64,000 bases of DNA, taken from the NCBI RefSeq assembly GCF_963921235.1, contig NC_086097.1, forward strand, positions 6,386,001-6,450,000, in the 5' to 3' direction. Each line of letters opens with the position of its first letter. Position 1 is the first letter of the stretch. Under the pieces are notes generated by a model, which saw nothing but the letters and a program-made list of their open reading frames with translations, was not told the origin of the DNA and ran no database searches. This document shows, piece after piece, positions 51,509 through 64,000 of the stretch. The stretch comes from Mobula hypostoma. Lineage: Eukaryota. The translations under genes were made by a program, and so were the position numbers.

Positions 51509-54500
51509 AAAGAAAGAAAGGAAGAGCAAGAATGTGATGCTGACGCTTCATAAGTTACAGGGCAGATCACATTAGGAATATTGCAAGCAGTTTTGGGACC
51601 CTTATCTGAAAAAACCTGTGAAGGGCGTGCAGTCATGATTGCTTTAAGCATTTCAATGTCTCAGAAGACATACCCTCCTCCCTCATTTGTTGAGCTAATC
51701 AGAGAACGTGATGGAGGAGCGGAAGGCCTCCGTCAGCAGGGCAAAGTCCTCAGCAGGAGCGTTTGTTGCTGAAGCCACCCCCTGATACCACACAAGCGGG
51801 GTTTTGTAGGATGTGGTGAAAAACCTGCAAGCCCAGGTGTCTTGGTTGATGTCAGCTCATCCTGCCACCAAGTGTGACAAGTCTGATAGGAAACTGAACC
51901 CAGAGGGATGCTACTGACAGGAGTCTCTTAACAAGCAAAGCAACCAGTGTTTTCTGTTACAACTGTGGAGAGGATGGATATTTCAAGTAGGAGTGTGAAG
52001 GACAGGAAAACCTTCGGAAAGCAACCCAATGGTTTCTTACAAAGTCAGGAAATTTTGGAAAGACCCAGTAAAGGGAATGGCCTGGCATTTCGGGGTAACA
52101 TATTAAAATCAACGTATCAAGGAATATACTAAAGTGCAAAACCCTATTCCTGAAGGCTCAGAGGGGCCGAGCTCCAGTGTATCTATACAGATTGAAGGTA
52201 TTTATGCGACAGCCATACTTGACATGGGCCCTCAGGTTTACTCAATTGTACCAATCCTTTTACAACCGGTATCTGACGCATTTACCAATGATACCACTCA
52301 GTGCCCTAGTGCTCCGGGGCCTTATTACTGATGACTACTTGTATGATGGCTACTCGTTGAAGCTGGAGTTTTTGGGAGAAGATGTTAAAGTTCGATGATG
52401 CCTTTTCTACTGATGAGTTCGATGTAGGTTGTTCCAAGAGTAGTCGCCGCACAATGCAAGTGACAAAGGACACCCCTTTCAGAGAAAGGTCTTGACAGTT
52501 AGCACCGGCAGCGGTGGAAGGTATTCAGCAGCACCTGCTGAAACTGAAGGAAACTGGAATTATCACTGAGTCAAGGTGTCCTTTCGTGTCACCCATGGTG
52601 GTGGTGAGGAAGAAGAATGGGAAGGTACGAATATGTGTTGACTATTGAACAGTTCCCAGCCAATATACTGTTCCATAGATCAAGAATTCTCTGACCTGTC
52701 TGAGTGGAGCAAGTGTGCTGGACCTGAGGAGTGGGTGTTATCAGATACCCATGAACAAAGCTGACAAAGAGAAGACTGCATTCATATGTCCACTTGGATT
52801 CTTTCAGTGTGAAAGAATGCCCCAGGGTGTACCAGAAGCACCAGTTATTTTCCAACATGTCATGGAGAAGACTGTTGGGGACATGAACTTGCTTGAAGTA
52901 CTGGTGTACTTGGATGATCCACAGTGCTCTGGTCTACAATGGAGGAGTACGAGGTGAGGCTACTGAAGGTGCTAGACTTCCTGAAAGCTGAAGAATTCAA
53001 ACTGTCACTGGACAAGCGCCAGTTCTGTAAGATGTCAATCAACTATGTCAGGCACAGAGTCTCACAGAATGGAATAGCTACAGATCCATCCAAGATAGTG
53101 ATGTTGACCCCATGGCCAAGGCCCAAGAATGTGAGTGCTCCAAGCTTGTTCCTTGGATTCTGTGGGTACTACCAGAGATTTGTGAAGTTCTACTCCAAAG
53201 TAAAGCATGCTTTGAATCAGCTGCTGTGTGGGTACCCTTCCTTGGGGAAGGAAGGAAGGAGAAGAAGGTCAAGTTTATCTTAGCTCTTTGGAGCCTTTTA
53301 AGAAAATATGGGATGCAAAATGTGAAGAAGTCCTTCAGCAACAGAAAGAGTTGCCGACTAAAGCACCTGTGTTGGCATTTTCAAACCACCAATTGCCATA
53401 TGTACTGCATGTTGACAGCAGCAATGAGGGTTTAGGGGGTATTCTATATCAGGACCAGGACAGAGGATTGAGACCTGTTGTTTTCATCACCCAGAGTCTG
53501 TCACCCTCAGAATGAAACTACACTACACACAAATTGGAGTTTCCTGCATTGAAATGGGCTGTGATGGATAAGTTAAATAACAAGGGGAGGACTGACAACA
53601 ATCCATTGACTTATATCCTGATCTTGGCGAAGTTGGATGCATCAGGCCATCGTTCGTTGGCGGTAATGTCTGCTTATGATTTCAGCCTGAATTATCTGCC
53701 GGGGAGCCAGAACATTGATGCAATGTATTGTTCCGACATTCGCATGAGGTGCTGGAAATGGACGGAGACTGGGAGAACCTTTCTGCCTCTGGTGTTAAAG
53801 CAATGTGTCAGCTTTCCACCATGGGGTAATAAGAGGCAAGGCTGTGGCAGGATAGAGCTATGGATTATTTGCGAGCTTCTGCACCATTCCACAAACTTAC
53901 TGAACTTGACTGCTCTGGATATGAAGCAGTTGCCTGCCCTGAATCCTGAGGAATTGGCAGCAGTACAAGGAGATGATCCTTGTATAGGTGCCATTTGGTC
54001 ACCTGTTGCAAAAGGGGATATGGCCTGAGTTGAAAAGGCGAATCACCCTACAATACCCCTACTGACAAGAGGATGGAACAGACTGGAGTTGAGGAACCAG
54101 GTTCTATACCGGGTCTTGTCCTCTTCAGACAAGCCTCAGCGTTCTCAGTTGATTTTGCCTGAGAAGTATCAGAGGATTGTGTTGAAGTCACTTCATGATA
54201 ATTCAGATCATTTGGTGTTTGACAAGACCTACAGATTGGTCTGAGATGTTCTATTGGCCCTGAATGAAACCTGAGGTTGAAGAGTACTGGAAGTCGTACA
54301 TTTGATGTATTTGGACGGAGACGTTGCCTATCAGAGTTGCTGCATTATCCCATTTACAGAGTGTGGAGCCACTTGATTTAGTGTGTTTGGATTTCCTCTC
54401 CATAGAGGAGATGTGAATATCTTGATCATCACTGATCACTACACCAGAAAAAGCTCAAGGATCAGAGAGCATCCACAGTCACCAAAGTGTTATGGGAGAA

Positions 54501-54945
54501 GTATTTTGTTCATTATGGCCTCCCAAGAAGGATACACAGTGATCAGGGAAGGGATTTTGAGAATTGGCTCATACTGAGGATGCTTGGCATCGAGAAGTAA
54601 ATGGTCACGCCTTATCACCCTCAGGGTGATCCCCAGCCTGAAAGGTTCAGCCAGACATTGTTAGACACGCTTGGAATTCTGGAAATCAGCAAAAAATAAC
54701 AAGTGGTGCCAGCATATTGAACATTTGGTCCACTGCACAGTTATACACAGAATGAGGCCACCAGATACTCGCCATACTACTTGATGTTTAAGCGAGAAGT
54801 GAAATTCTGTAGATCTCTCTTTTAGAGCCAGTGGGGAAGACTTGCTACTGAGTGTGTGTCTGACATGAGGAAAGAACTGTAGAAGGCTTATGAGCTAGCA
54901 GATGTCTTTGCTACCAGGCAAAATCATGGAAACACAAGGAGATAT

Positions 54946-55629
54946 TGGATTATGAGGACACTCAGTCCTTGTTTATTGTCATTCAGAAATGCATGCATTA
55001 AAAAATGATACAACGTTCCTCCAGAATAATAGCACAAGAAAACACAGGACAAACCAAGACTAAAACTGACAAAACCACATAATTATAACATATAGATACA
55101 ACAGTGCAAAGCAATACCATAATTTGATAAAGAGCAGACCATGGGCACGGTAAAAAATGTCTCAAAGTCCCGATAGACTCATCAACTCATGCAGGCGGCA
55201 GAAGGGAGGAACTCTCCCTGCCATGAACCTCCAAGTGCCGCCAACTTGCCGATGCAGCACCATTGGAAGCACCCGACCTCAGTGGACTCTGAGTCCGTCC
55301 GAAAACGTCAAGCCTCTGACCAACCCCTCCAACACAGCCTCTCCGAGCACCATCCTCTGCCGAGCGCTTTAACCCCGCCTCAGCCACCGAGCAACAAACA
55401 AAGCTGTGGACTCGGGGCCTTCTCCTCCAGAGATTCCGGATCACACAGTAGCAGCAGCAGCGAAGGAGGCATTTCAGAAGTTTCACCGGATGTTCCTCCA
55501 TGCTCTCACATCCATCTCCATCAAATCAGGATTGTGCACGGCACCCTACTTGACAAATAGCAGGCATCACCACTGGAGTGGCCGCTGTGAGCTGCGCCAT
55601 GCCACCATCTTCTCCTCCCGATCACTGGC
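54946..55629 (-). mobile_element. SINE-like element (relative of 23429 and 34440) inserted in the Gypsy integrase
   Basis: Same ~200-bp tail but a diverged body; head gggaggagaagatggtggc on the minus strand; gatat flanks both sides. Confidence 0.85.
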
Positions 55630-56502
55630 GGATATGATTAAAAGATTAGATTCTCTCAACTGATAACCGGAGACAGCATTTTAATAAGAAATTTGGGGCT
55701 ACCAGAGAAGCATAAGTTAGCTGACCACAAGGTGTCTGTGCACTGTGGAGTGCAGAGTCAGATGCCAAATGTGGCAGTTTTCTAGGTGAAACCAGAAGAT
55801 GCAAATGGACCTGTCAAAATTCTCCTTCGGAATCACTTTTTAACCCTAGGGCATGAAGTACGTGCTGACTCAGAGCTTGGTATGGCACCTACACCAAGTT
55901 GGAGAACTTTGTGCAGAAGGAGGAGAACAGAAAGGCAAATAGCGGAAAGACCAGAATAGGAGCCAACCACTGAATGCTGTATGGATTCAAGAGTGTGAGA
56001 AATGAGGGTGAGGTATACGTTACCCTAAGCAAACTCCCCAAACATTGATGAAGAGATTCCTGGCTCTCCCAACACAGGCTCAGATGTAACACAAGGAGGA
56101 GGGGAACAGCAGTGGACAGGCAGACGCGACACTAGACAGTGAAGGGAAATTGGGCTGTAATGTAATTTGGGAAGAAGCTGGGCTCAGTCAGGTGACAGGG
56201 GGACCTGAGTTGCCGGAAGACATGAGTAATCGGCAGTGGGCAGCATCCCCAAGTGAACAGGGAAGGTCTCGAGGAGTGTCTGAGGCTGCAGAAGCTGAAG
56301 ATGAAATAAGAAGGTGTGAGAGAATTGGGAAACCTTTAGATAGGGTGGCGTATGATGCACCAGGGAAGCAGAGTGTTGCGTCCATCCCCATAATGGGATA
56401 TGTTCCTGCCATTTACAAATGGCTTGGAAGTCTTGAAATCATGAAATTTATTTGAATACTGTGCTATTAATATTGGCTTGATAAATTTCATGACTTATTT
56501 TT

Positions 56503-56515
56503 GATGGGGGGAGAA
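56503..56515 (+). other. Polypurine tract
   Basis: gatggggggagaa lies immediately before the LTR TG. Confidence 0.85.
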
Positions 56516-57306
56516 TGTAACACCCTGGTTAAGATTTCTACTGCTATGCTGTAGGGCATTTCATTTAGTAGCTTCCTGTAAAAGCAGATGGTGCTGCTAA
56601 TAGAATGTTTTGGTTTCAACAAAAGATAAGGGGCTACGATGTTCAAATTAAGAATTTTTTGTCAGTTAATCAAGATGGTGGAATTGGGTAAAGGTTCTAG
56701 AGAGAACTGGGTGGAGAGAAATTTGTGACAGACACTGGTGTGTTTCATGGTCTTTTGGTGGGAGATGCGGGGAAGAGAAATTCAGGAGAGACAGCCATAG
56801 GATTTGATCCAACGGGAAGACGCGATTGCAAGTGGTGTCACGAGACAAAGGAGTTCAAGATGGGATGTTCTACTGGTGATTGGTGATGAGTGAGTAATGG
56901 TTATACCCAGCTTTTGGACAATAGGAGCTCTAACGATGTGCACACTTAGACTGGTTTAAGTGTAATGAGCCCAATTTTTTTTTTCTTTTTTTCTCCTTAG
57001 TAATTGTTTGACAAAGCTAAAATTAGTAAATACACTTTCTGTATAACTGTAATAACTGTATGCGTTGTACAATGCCATTTCTTGCCAATAGATAATTGTG
57101 TATGGGCAGTATTTACACAGCATTCACTCAAATCCAAGTTCTGTTAATCGAAACATCCCATCTTTCCTGTTTGGTTCCACCCAAATCATCCCGACCCTGG
57201 ACATATATTGTTTGAGAAAGGTGGCCTGCTCACCGCTGAGTCATGTGACTGTTAGCAGGGCTGGCTAACGAGCCAAGTTTGCATACAAGCCTGGTGAGGG
57301 GTTACA
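56516..57306 (+). mobile_element. Gypsy 3' LTR
   Basis: TGTAAC...GTTACA inverted termini directly after the PPT. Confidence 0.92.
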
Positions 57307-57964
57307 ATATTTATGATGTTTCTTTATTATTGTTGCATTCTATATTTTATTGTGTTTTTTTTGTGCTGCGTCGAAACTGGAATGAGAATTATTCTGTTCT
57401 CCCTTACACTTCTGTACTAGAAATTACATTAAGTAAGCTTGAATCCTGTAGCCTTTTCATTAATGCTATAGACATCAAATGGACAACAAAAATAAATTAT
57501 AGAGTCTTATTAAAAGGATTAAATATTGTACACACCTATTACTTAGACAGCTCTCTGCATGGTCACTGAAATCCCTTTATTGTCTCAAAATCAGTTATAA
57601 GCATCATAGCACATCAAATGGGATTCCAGATTGGTTTGTTCTATTGATCCAGGGAAAGGATGGTAGGGTGAAAGTGCCATACTTGTCAAGAGAGGCAGAT
57701 TCAATGTTCAAGATTCAAGATTGTTTAATGTTATTTCCAGGACACAAGTGTAAAGTGGAACAAAATAATTGTTACTCTGGGTCTGATACAGTGCAAAAAA
57801 AACATAATAAGATAAAGAATGCAATATTGAAAAAAAACAACCTTATATACAGTACATAGATTGACTGTATGTCCATAAGTTGGCGCTAAGTACAGGAGTG
57901 TGTATTAAGGTGACTCTGACAGGAAATGATAAATTAGTGTTGGTGGGGTGAGTTAGTAGGTTAT

Positions 57965-58215
57965 TCCTTCTTCTTCTTCCTCTTCTTCTTCTTGGCCCTT
58001 CTCTCCCATTGGAGCAGAATCAGAATCAGTAGGCCATCGATCGTCCAAAGTTGATGGTATAGTTGGAGTTCATCAATGCTTCTGTAATCATTTGTATCCT
58101 TTGTACTGGGGATGCTCTATACAGGTTCACCAGAGCTCTGTTAGTCGACCTTACCTGTTTCCACCTCTCAAGATGCAGACCCTGAAGTCTGAACTTTGAG
58201 AGGCTGTGGATTATT
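57965..58215 (-). mobile_element. Short repeat with (AAG)n tail; second copy ~62948-63135
   Basis: Shared ccattggagca..aggccatcgat..ttctgtaatc..ttcaccagagc..actttgagag. Confidence 0.55.
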
Positions 58216-58310
58216 TAGCCTCTTCGCCTTCTACACCTTATGAAATAAACCATAAAAAAATCCAAAACCTTGGTGTGTAACTGTTTCAATGTGCTTTCTC
58301 TCATAACATT

Positions 58311-59140
58311 CATAGAAACATAGAAAACCTACAGCACAATACAGGCCCTTTGGCCCACAAAATTGTGCCAAGCATGTCCCTACCTTAGAAATTACTAGGC
58401 TTACCCATAGCCCTCTGTTTTTCTAAGCTCCATGTACTTATCCAAAAGTCTCTTAAAAGACCCTATCGTTTCTGCGTCCACCACCGTTGCCAGCAGCCCA
58501 TTCCATGTACTCACCACTGTCTGCGTAAAAAACTTATCCCTGACATCTCCACTCCAAAGCACTTTAAACTTGTGCCCTCTTGTGGCAGCCATTGCAGCCC
58601 TGGGAAAAAGCGTCTGACTATCCACACGATCAATGCCTCTCATCATCTTATACACCTCTATCAGGTCACCTCTCATCCTCCTTCACTCCAAGGAATAAAG
58701 GCAGAGCTCACTCAACCTGTCTTCATAAGGCCTGCTCCCCAATCCAGGAAACATCCTTGTAAATTTCCTCTGCATCCTTTCTATGGTTTCCACATCCTTC
58801 CTGTAGTGAGGCGACCAGAACTGAGCACAGTACTCCAAGTGGGGTCTGACCAGGGTCCTATATAGCTGCAACATTACCTTCTGGCTTCTAAATTCAGTTC
58901 CACGATTGATGAAGGCCAATACACCGTAGGCTTTCTTAACCACAGAGTCAACCTGTGCAGCTTCTTTGAACGTCCTATGGACTCAGACTCCAAGATCCCT
59001 CTGATCCACCACACTGCCAAGAGTCTTACCATTAATACTACATTCTACCATCATATTTGACCTACCAAAACGAACCACTTCACACTTACCTGGGTTGAAC
59101 TCCATCTGCCACTTCTCAGCCGAGTTTTGCATCCTATCAA
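58311..59140 (-). mobile_element. CR1 3' fragment
   Basis: ORFs 58683-58943 and 58401-58676 (RPHLEYCAQFWSPHYRKD; MRGDLIEVYK). Confidence 0.95.
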
Positions 59141-59439
59141 TCTACTTTCTGTCTACTTTCTGTTTTATAAGTTGAATCATTCATAGTAAATCACTGGGAA
59201 TGATGACAGCTATGATATCAGAATCCAAAATCCAGTTGTAATGTTAGGAACAATACTGTTCAGCTCATGTAAGAAATGTAATGTTTACTTAGCTAAAGGT
59301 CTGTCTCGGGAGAGGTGACACCAGAGGTGGTGTGGTGCATTATCCATGCTCAATTGGGAGTTGGTCCCTCCCATTGGTGCTGCCCTCCAGTGTTTGTTTG
59401 GTGGAAGACAAGTTTGAGGAGAGAGTAGGTCACCAAAGA

Positions 59440-59946
59440 CTCACAAGTTTCTACAGATGAACTGTGGAGAGCATTCTAACTGGCTGCATCTCCGCCTGGT
59501 ATGGAGGGACCTCTGCACAGGATTGGAAAAAGCTGCAGCCAGATATAAACTCAGTCAGCTCTATCATGGGCACTAACCTTCCCAGCATTGAGGAGATCTT
59601 CAAAAGGCAATGATTTAAAAAGGTGGCATCTATCATTAAGTGGCTCCATCGCCCAGGACATGCCCTCTTCTCATTGCTACCATCAGGGCAGAGGTACAGG
59701 AGAGTCAACATTTCAGGATCAACTTCTTCCCCTTTGCTATCAGATTACTGAATGAAGGATGAGCCCATGTACATTACCTCATTTTTTTTAGCTCTCCTTT
59801 CGCACTACTTGACCAATTTAATTCTTTTATGTATTTCTTCTTATAATTTATATTTTTTAAATTATTTTGTATTGCAATGTACTGCTACTGCAAAACAACA
59901 AATTTCACAACATATGCCAATGATATAAAACCTGATTCTGATTCTG
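59440..59946 (+). mobile_element. Rex1/Babar 3' end
   Basis: ttctacagatg.actgtggagagcattctaactggctgcatc; (cctgattctgattctga) tail. Confidence 0.88.
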
Positions 59947-60754
59947 ACCACATATGAAAAGGTTAGTGTGTAGAATCGCTAAAGTCTAAGCCAATTGAAG
60001 ACATAATTCTGTTTGTGTCATCAGAACAGCACATTATCATGTGGTTTAATGCTGCTGAATCTTTTTACCTCTGTTCTTCGAAACTCCTGTAATTAAATTA
60101 AATTTCAAATGGAGAGCAGATTTTCTGCTGTGAGCTATTGTGTCCACTATGCATCATTTATAAAAAGTTATTTTACTTGTGTCAAACTTCGACATATTAC
60201 ACATCACCCACAGAAAAATAATAGATTAGATGGCCAGACAGGCAGATAATTCAATTGGAGAGTGATGAGAAATATTTTATATTAAAAAAGTTTGGAAAAA
60301 CTAATAACATCATTACTCATTCCATTAGATCACTGGTTCAGTGAAACAGAATCATAATCTATTTTAAATTTAGAAAATGTTGGTTGAATGAATTAAATGA
60401 ACAATTAAAAAACAACCAGATCATATATTCAAGGTTATTGCAATTGTGGAGAATAATTAATTCATATTAATACTTGCTATGTACTTATATGGGGAAAGCA
60501 TGTAATTGTCATGAGCCCCTGTGCACCTGTATTTGCTAATTGTTTTCTTATCTAGAGATGCTAAGCCCATAAGCTTTCTGTTTAATCTTGTCAAGCTTAT
60601 TATGACTGGTGCAAGTTTTCCATACTGTGATTATTTAAAGTGGACTCCCAATTAACACTGATCTTGGGTACAGGGTTTTTTTTATAGAATATGACGAATA
60701 AACAGGAATAGGATACTAGGATGGTCAAAGATGGGAGGGTGAAGTGTAGGTTTG

Positions 60755-60822
<68 letters not shown>

Positions 60823-60830
60823 CGTGCGTG
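60755..60830. repeat. (TA)n(TG)n microsatellite
   Basis: Directly visible. Confidence 0.97.
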
Positions 60831-61129
60831 ATTGGGTGAAGGGATTTAGAATGTATGTCTAGTGCACATTCTGGAGCAGAGGGTGGCGGTAATGCACCAT
60901 TAAGCTGGATGCCAACCGCCGTAAAACAAGATACAGACAGACAGAACGCTGATCTTGCAGTCCTTGTGTTTTGAGAAAAATTGGTCCCACGGTTTCACTT
61001 GGTCAAGCCATCAATGTTCTGTTGGAAGTCCAATGAATAATCTCTTGTCTCTGTTTCTACATGGTTGTCTGTCATTCCTCTGCAACTGGTTTCAGTTGTT
61101 GTCAGTGCACACCGTGACAGTATTGTACC

Positions 61130-62145
61130 ATAAATCTACAGGCCAGGCCAGAGAGAGGCTTTCAACTTGGGCAGTAAGGGACACCTCAGGGATGTGTGCT
61201 TAGCCCACTGCTCTACTCACTCTACAGCCATGACTCTGTGTGTAGGCACAGCTCAAGTGCCATCTATAAATTTGCTGACAATGCAAATATTAGTGAAGTT
61301 TCAGATGTTGACAAAAGGGCATACAGGAGTGAGATTTATCAGCTAATTGAGTGGTGTTCCAGCAGCACCCACTGCCCTCAGCATCAGTAAGACCAAAAAA
61401 CTGATTGTAGATTTCCGAAGGGGTAAAATGAGGAAACACACACCAGTTCTCACAGTGGGATCAAAAGTGGGAAGAGTGAACAATTTCAAGTTCCTGGATG
61501 CCAATATCTTTGGGAGTCTATCCTGGACCCAACATATCAAAGCAGCTACATAGAAGTCATGACAGTGGCTATAATTCATTAGGAGTTTGAGGACATTTGG
61601 AATGTCATCAAAGGCACTTGGAAATTTTTACACATGAACTGTGGAGAGCATTCTAACTAACTGCATCATTGTCTAGTCTGGGTGGCTACTGCACAGGATG
61701 CAAATAAGCTGCAGAGCACTGTAAACTTAGGCACACAAAATGCTGGAGGAACTCAGCAGGCCAGGCAGCATCTGTGAAAAAGCGTGAACAGTTGATGTTT
61801 CAGGCTGAGACCCTTCATCAGGTCTTTGGTGGGTGCTGCTTTTGATTTCCAGCATCTGCAGATTTTCTTGTGTTTATAAACTTTGTCAGCTACATCATGG
61901 GAACTAGTCTCCATAGTATTCAGAACATCTTCAAGGAGTAATTCTTCAAAAACCCCATCACCCAGGTCATGCCTTGTTCTCATTGCTACCATCAGGAAGG
62001 AGGTACAAAAGCCTGAAGGCACAGACTCAACGATTCAGGAACAGCTTCTCCCCTCTGCTATCCGAGTTCTGAATGGACAATGAATCCATGAACACTACTG
62101 CATTACTTTTTTATCTGTATTTTTGTGCTACTTACTTATTTTAAG

Positions 62146-62187
<42 letters not shown>

Positions 62188-62325
62188 GGCTATTGCAACT
62201 ATCCATGCTATCAGTGCTCTCTGTGACTACTGGTATCGTACCGTGGCCCTGGAGGAGCCTTGTTTTGTTTGGCTGTATTCATGTGTATGGTTGAATGACA
62301 GTTAAACCTGAGTTTGAACTTGATG
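61130..62325 (+). mobile_element. Rex1/Babar LINE RT fragment with nested Penelope hairpin (61729-61876)
   Basis: G.PQGCVLSPLLYSLY.HD..IYKFAD; SKTKKLIVDFRR; FKFL. Nested insert flanked by taaactt (61722-61728 and 61877-61883). Confidence 0.9.
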
Positions 62326-63627
62326 TGTTTCCAGAGTAAACATGGTTCAGTGATGCGATTCCATCACCGTCTGCTCTGTATCAGCAGTTTCCACCAGCTA
62401 TAGACTCATGCAAATCCACCCAACAATTATCCCTCTCTTTTCCTCCTCATACAGATTCTTATTGACAGAACTGTGAAGAAAGGACTGGATGCGTGGCACT
62501 AATTGAATGAGGTAAAGGATAAGGCAAAGGTCCAGATAATCCGATTTTCCACAAACTCTCGTTATTGATTTAGATTAGCTAACGTGTGAAACTTTACTGC
62601 TTCTCGGGATGTGCACAGGAGTTGAAGGACAAGAAAAACACAACCAATACTCCCAATAATCTGAGGATGTGCATCTGAACACACAAATGCTGAATAGCAT
62701 TAAGAGCGCATGCACACCTCCCTGAAAGGTCAACAAAGGTACTTTTCTGTTCTTGCCCTGACTTCTTCCCTTCTCTCCTTAAGATGAAACCATAATGTCT
62801 TCACCAAAAATTGATAAACATTTTTGACAAAAAATTGTAAAGCTCAGATTGTCGAAACATGAAGGGACTGTATGTTTATAGACAGATCCAATCACGCCAA
62901 TATTTGGTGCCTTTTACTCTGTGTATTGCAGGGTGTGATGGATTTGTCTTCTTCTTCTTTTTCTTGAGCCCTTAGGTACCATTGGAGCAAAGGCCATCGA
63001 TGACCTCCTTTTTTGGAGTCATCAGTGTTTCTGTAATCCACATACATCTTCACCAGAGCCCTATGGGCCAGCCCTACCCATTTCCTGCTCTAACGATAGG
63101 GATATAGGGTTGGACTTTGAGAGCTGTGATGGATTTGTACATGGATTGAATTATAAACTAATTACTTAAACTTGTTAAGCTTCACAATTGATGCAGCTTG
63201 CAAATGGTGATGAAGAAAAGCAAAGAATGCAGTCCATCCTTAGACATAACAGTGATTGTGACAAGTACTCAGAAGGAGACAGAGAGACCTCCATTCTGGA
63301 AATAGGGGTTGGATCACCTGCGTGTAAGTGACATGAACCCTTCTTCCAGATATAATAGCAACAGTTCTGCAAGAACCTGTTGCTGTATAGAGCCTGAGTT
63401 CTATATAGAGTATAGCAGAAGAAACGGCAGATAGCAATTGCATGTAGATCCAAATATAGACTAAGATTAACAATGCAATACCCTTCTGAGAGAGAAGAGA
63501 ACAGTGAACAAAAGTCTGGCTGACATCAAGACTGATGCAGTGAATGTGAAATTTATTTTGTACATCATTTGTGTCGTGAGCAGACATGGCATGGAGCCGT
63601 GAATGCTTAAATTCGTAGTGCTGACCA

Positions 63628-63855
63628 ATGGCAAATTTTGTGGAATTTGTTGCCATAAGCAGCTGTGGAGGCCAAGTCACTGGATGTATTTAAGGCAGAG
63701 ATAGATAGGTTCTTGATTAGCTAGGGCATCAAAGGGTATGGGGAGAAGGCAGAGGAGTGGGATGACTGGAAGAATTGGATCAGCCCATGATTGAATGGGG
63801 GAGCAGACTCAATGGGCCGTATGGCCTACATCTGCTCCTATATCTTATGGTCTAA
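63628..63855 (+). mobile_element. CR1 3' end
   Basis: gtggaatttgttgcc..gtggaggccaagtca..cttatggtcta tail. Confidence 0.88.
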
Positions 63856-64000
63856 ATAGTTAGTAAGGCAGATTAATAAAGACTGATTTATTTATTTGGA
63901 GTGGTGATACACCAATATATTCAGTTCCCTTCTTTTAAAAGAATTTAGTCTGTTTTAAGACTTCCTCTAGGAAAGTTTTGAATACACTGGGGAAAATGCA

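Larger units (their letters stand above)
51615..56515 (+). pseudogene. Decayed Ty3/Gypsy gag-pol internal region
   Basis: Zinc knuckle FCYNCGEDG (~51952), protease AILDMGPQV, RT LDLRSGCYQI..KTAFICPLG..VYLDD, RNase H LHVDSS..GLGGILYQ..LEFPALKWAV, then integrase remnants (TDHYT, TPYHPQG..ERF). Order PR-RT-RH-IN; many stops and frameshifts. Confidence 0.95.

Overview
Repeat-dense eukaryotic non-coding DNA (intergenic or intronic), not prokaryotic. No host protein-coding exon, rRNA, tRNA gene or CRISPR array can be supported. The repeat mix (many CR1 LINEs, Rex1/Babar LINE fragments, RTE LINEs and RTE-tailed SINEs, a tRNA-headed V-SINE, Penelope-like GIY-YIG elements, a decayed Gypsy LTR retrotransposon with solo LTRs, and Tc1/mariner and hAT remnants) suggests a vertebrate, probably a cartilaginous fish (inference). 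All long ORFs are transposon-derived or antisense shadows of them. The most notable signal is a dispersed family of minimal type I hammerhead ribozyme motifs (AGTC-CTGA[T/C]GA-A-stem II-GAAACGT[C/T]-GACT) in the terminal repeats of the Penelope-like elements. Many of these elements are short, ORF-less hairpin insertions with their own target-site duplications. Other points of interest: a scrambled four-TIR mariner palindrome, three-level nested insertions with intact TSDs, and non-tRNA SINE-like elements that start with a YY1-like AAGATGGCG motif. Boundaries of degraded repeats are approximate.
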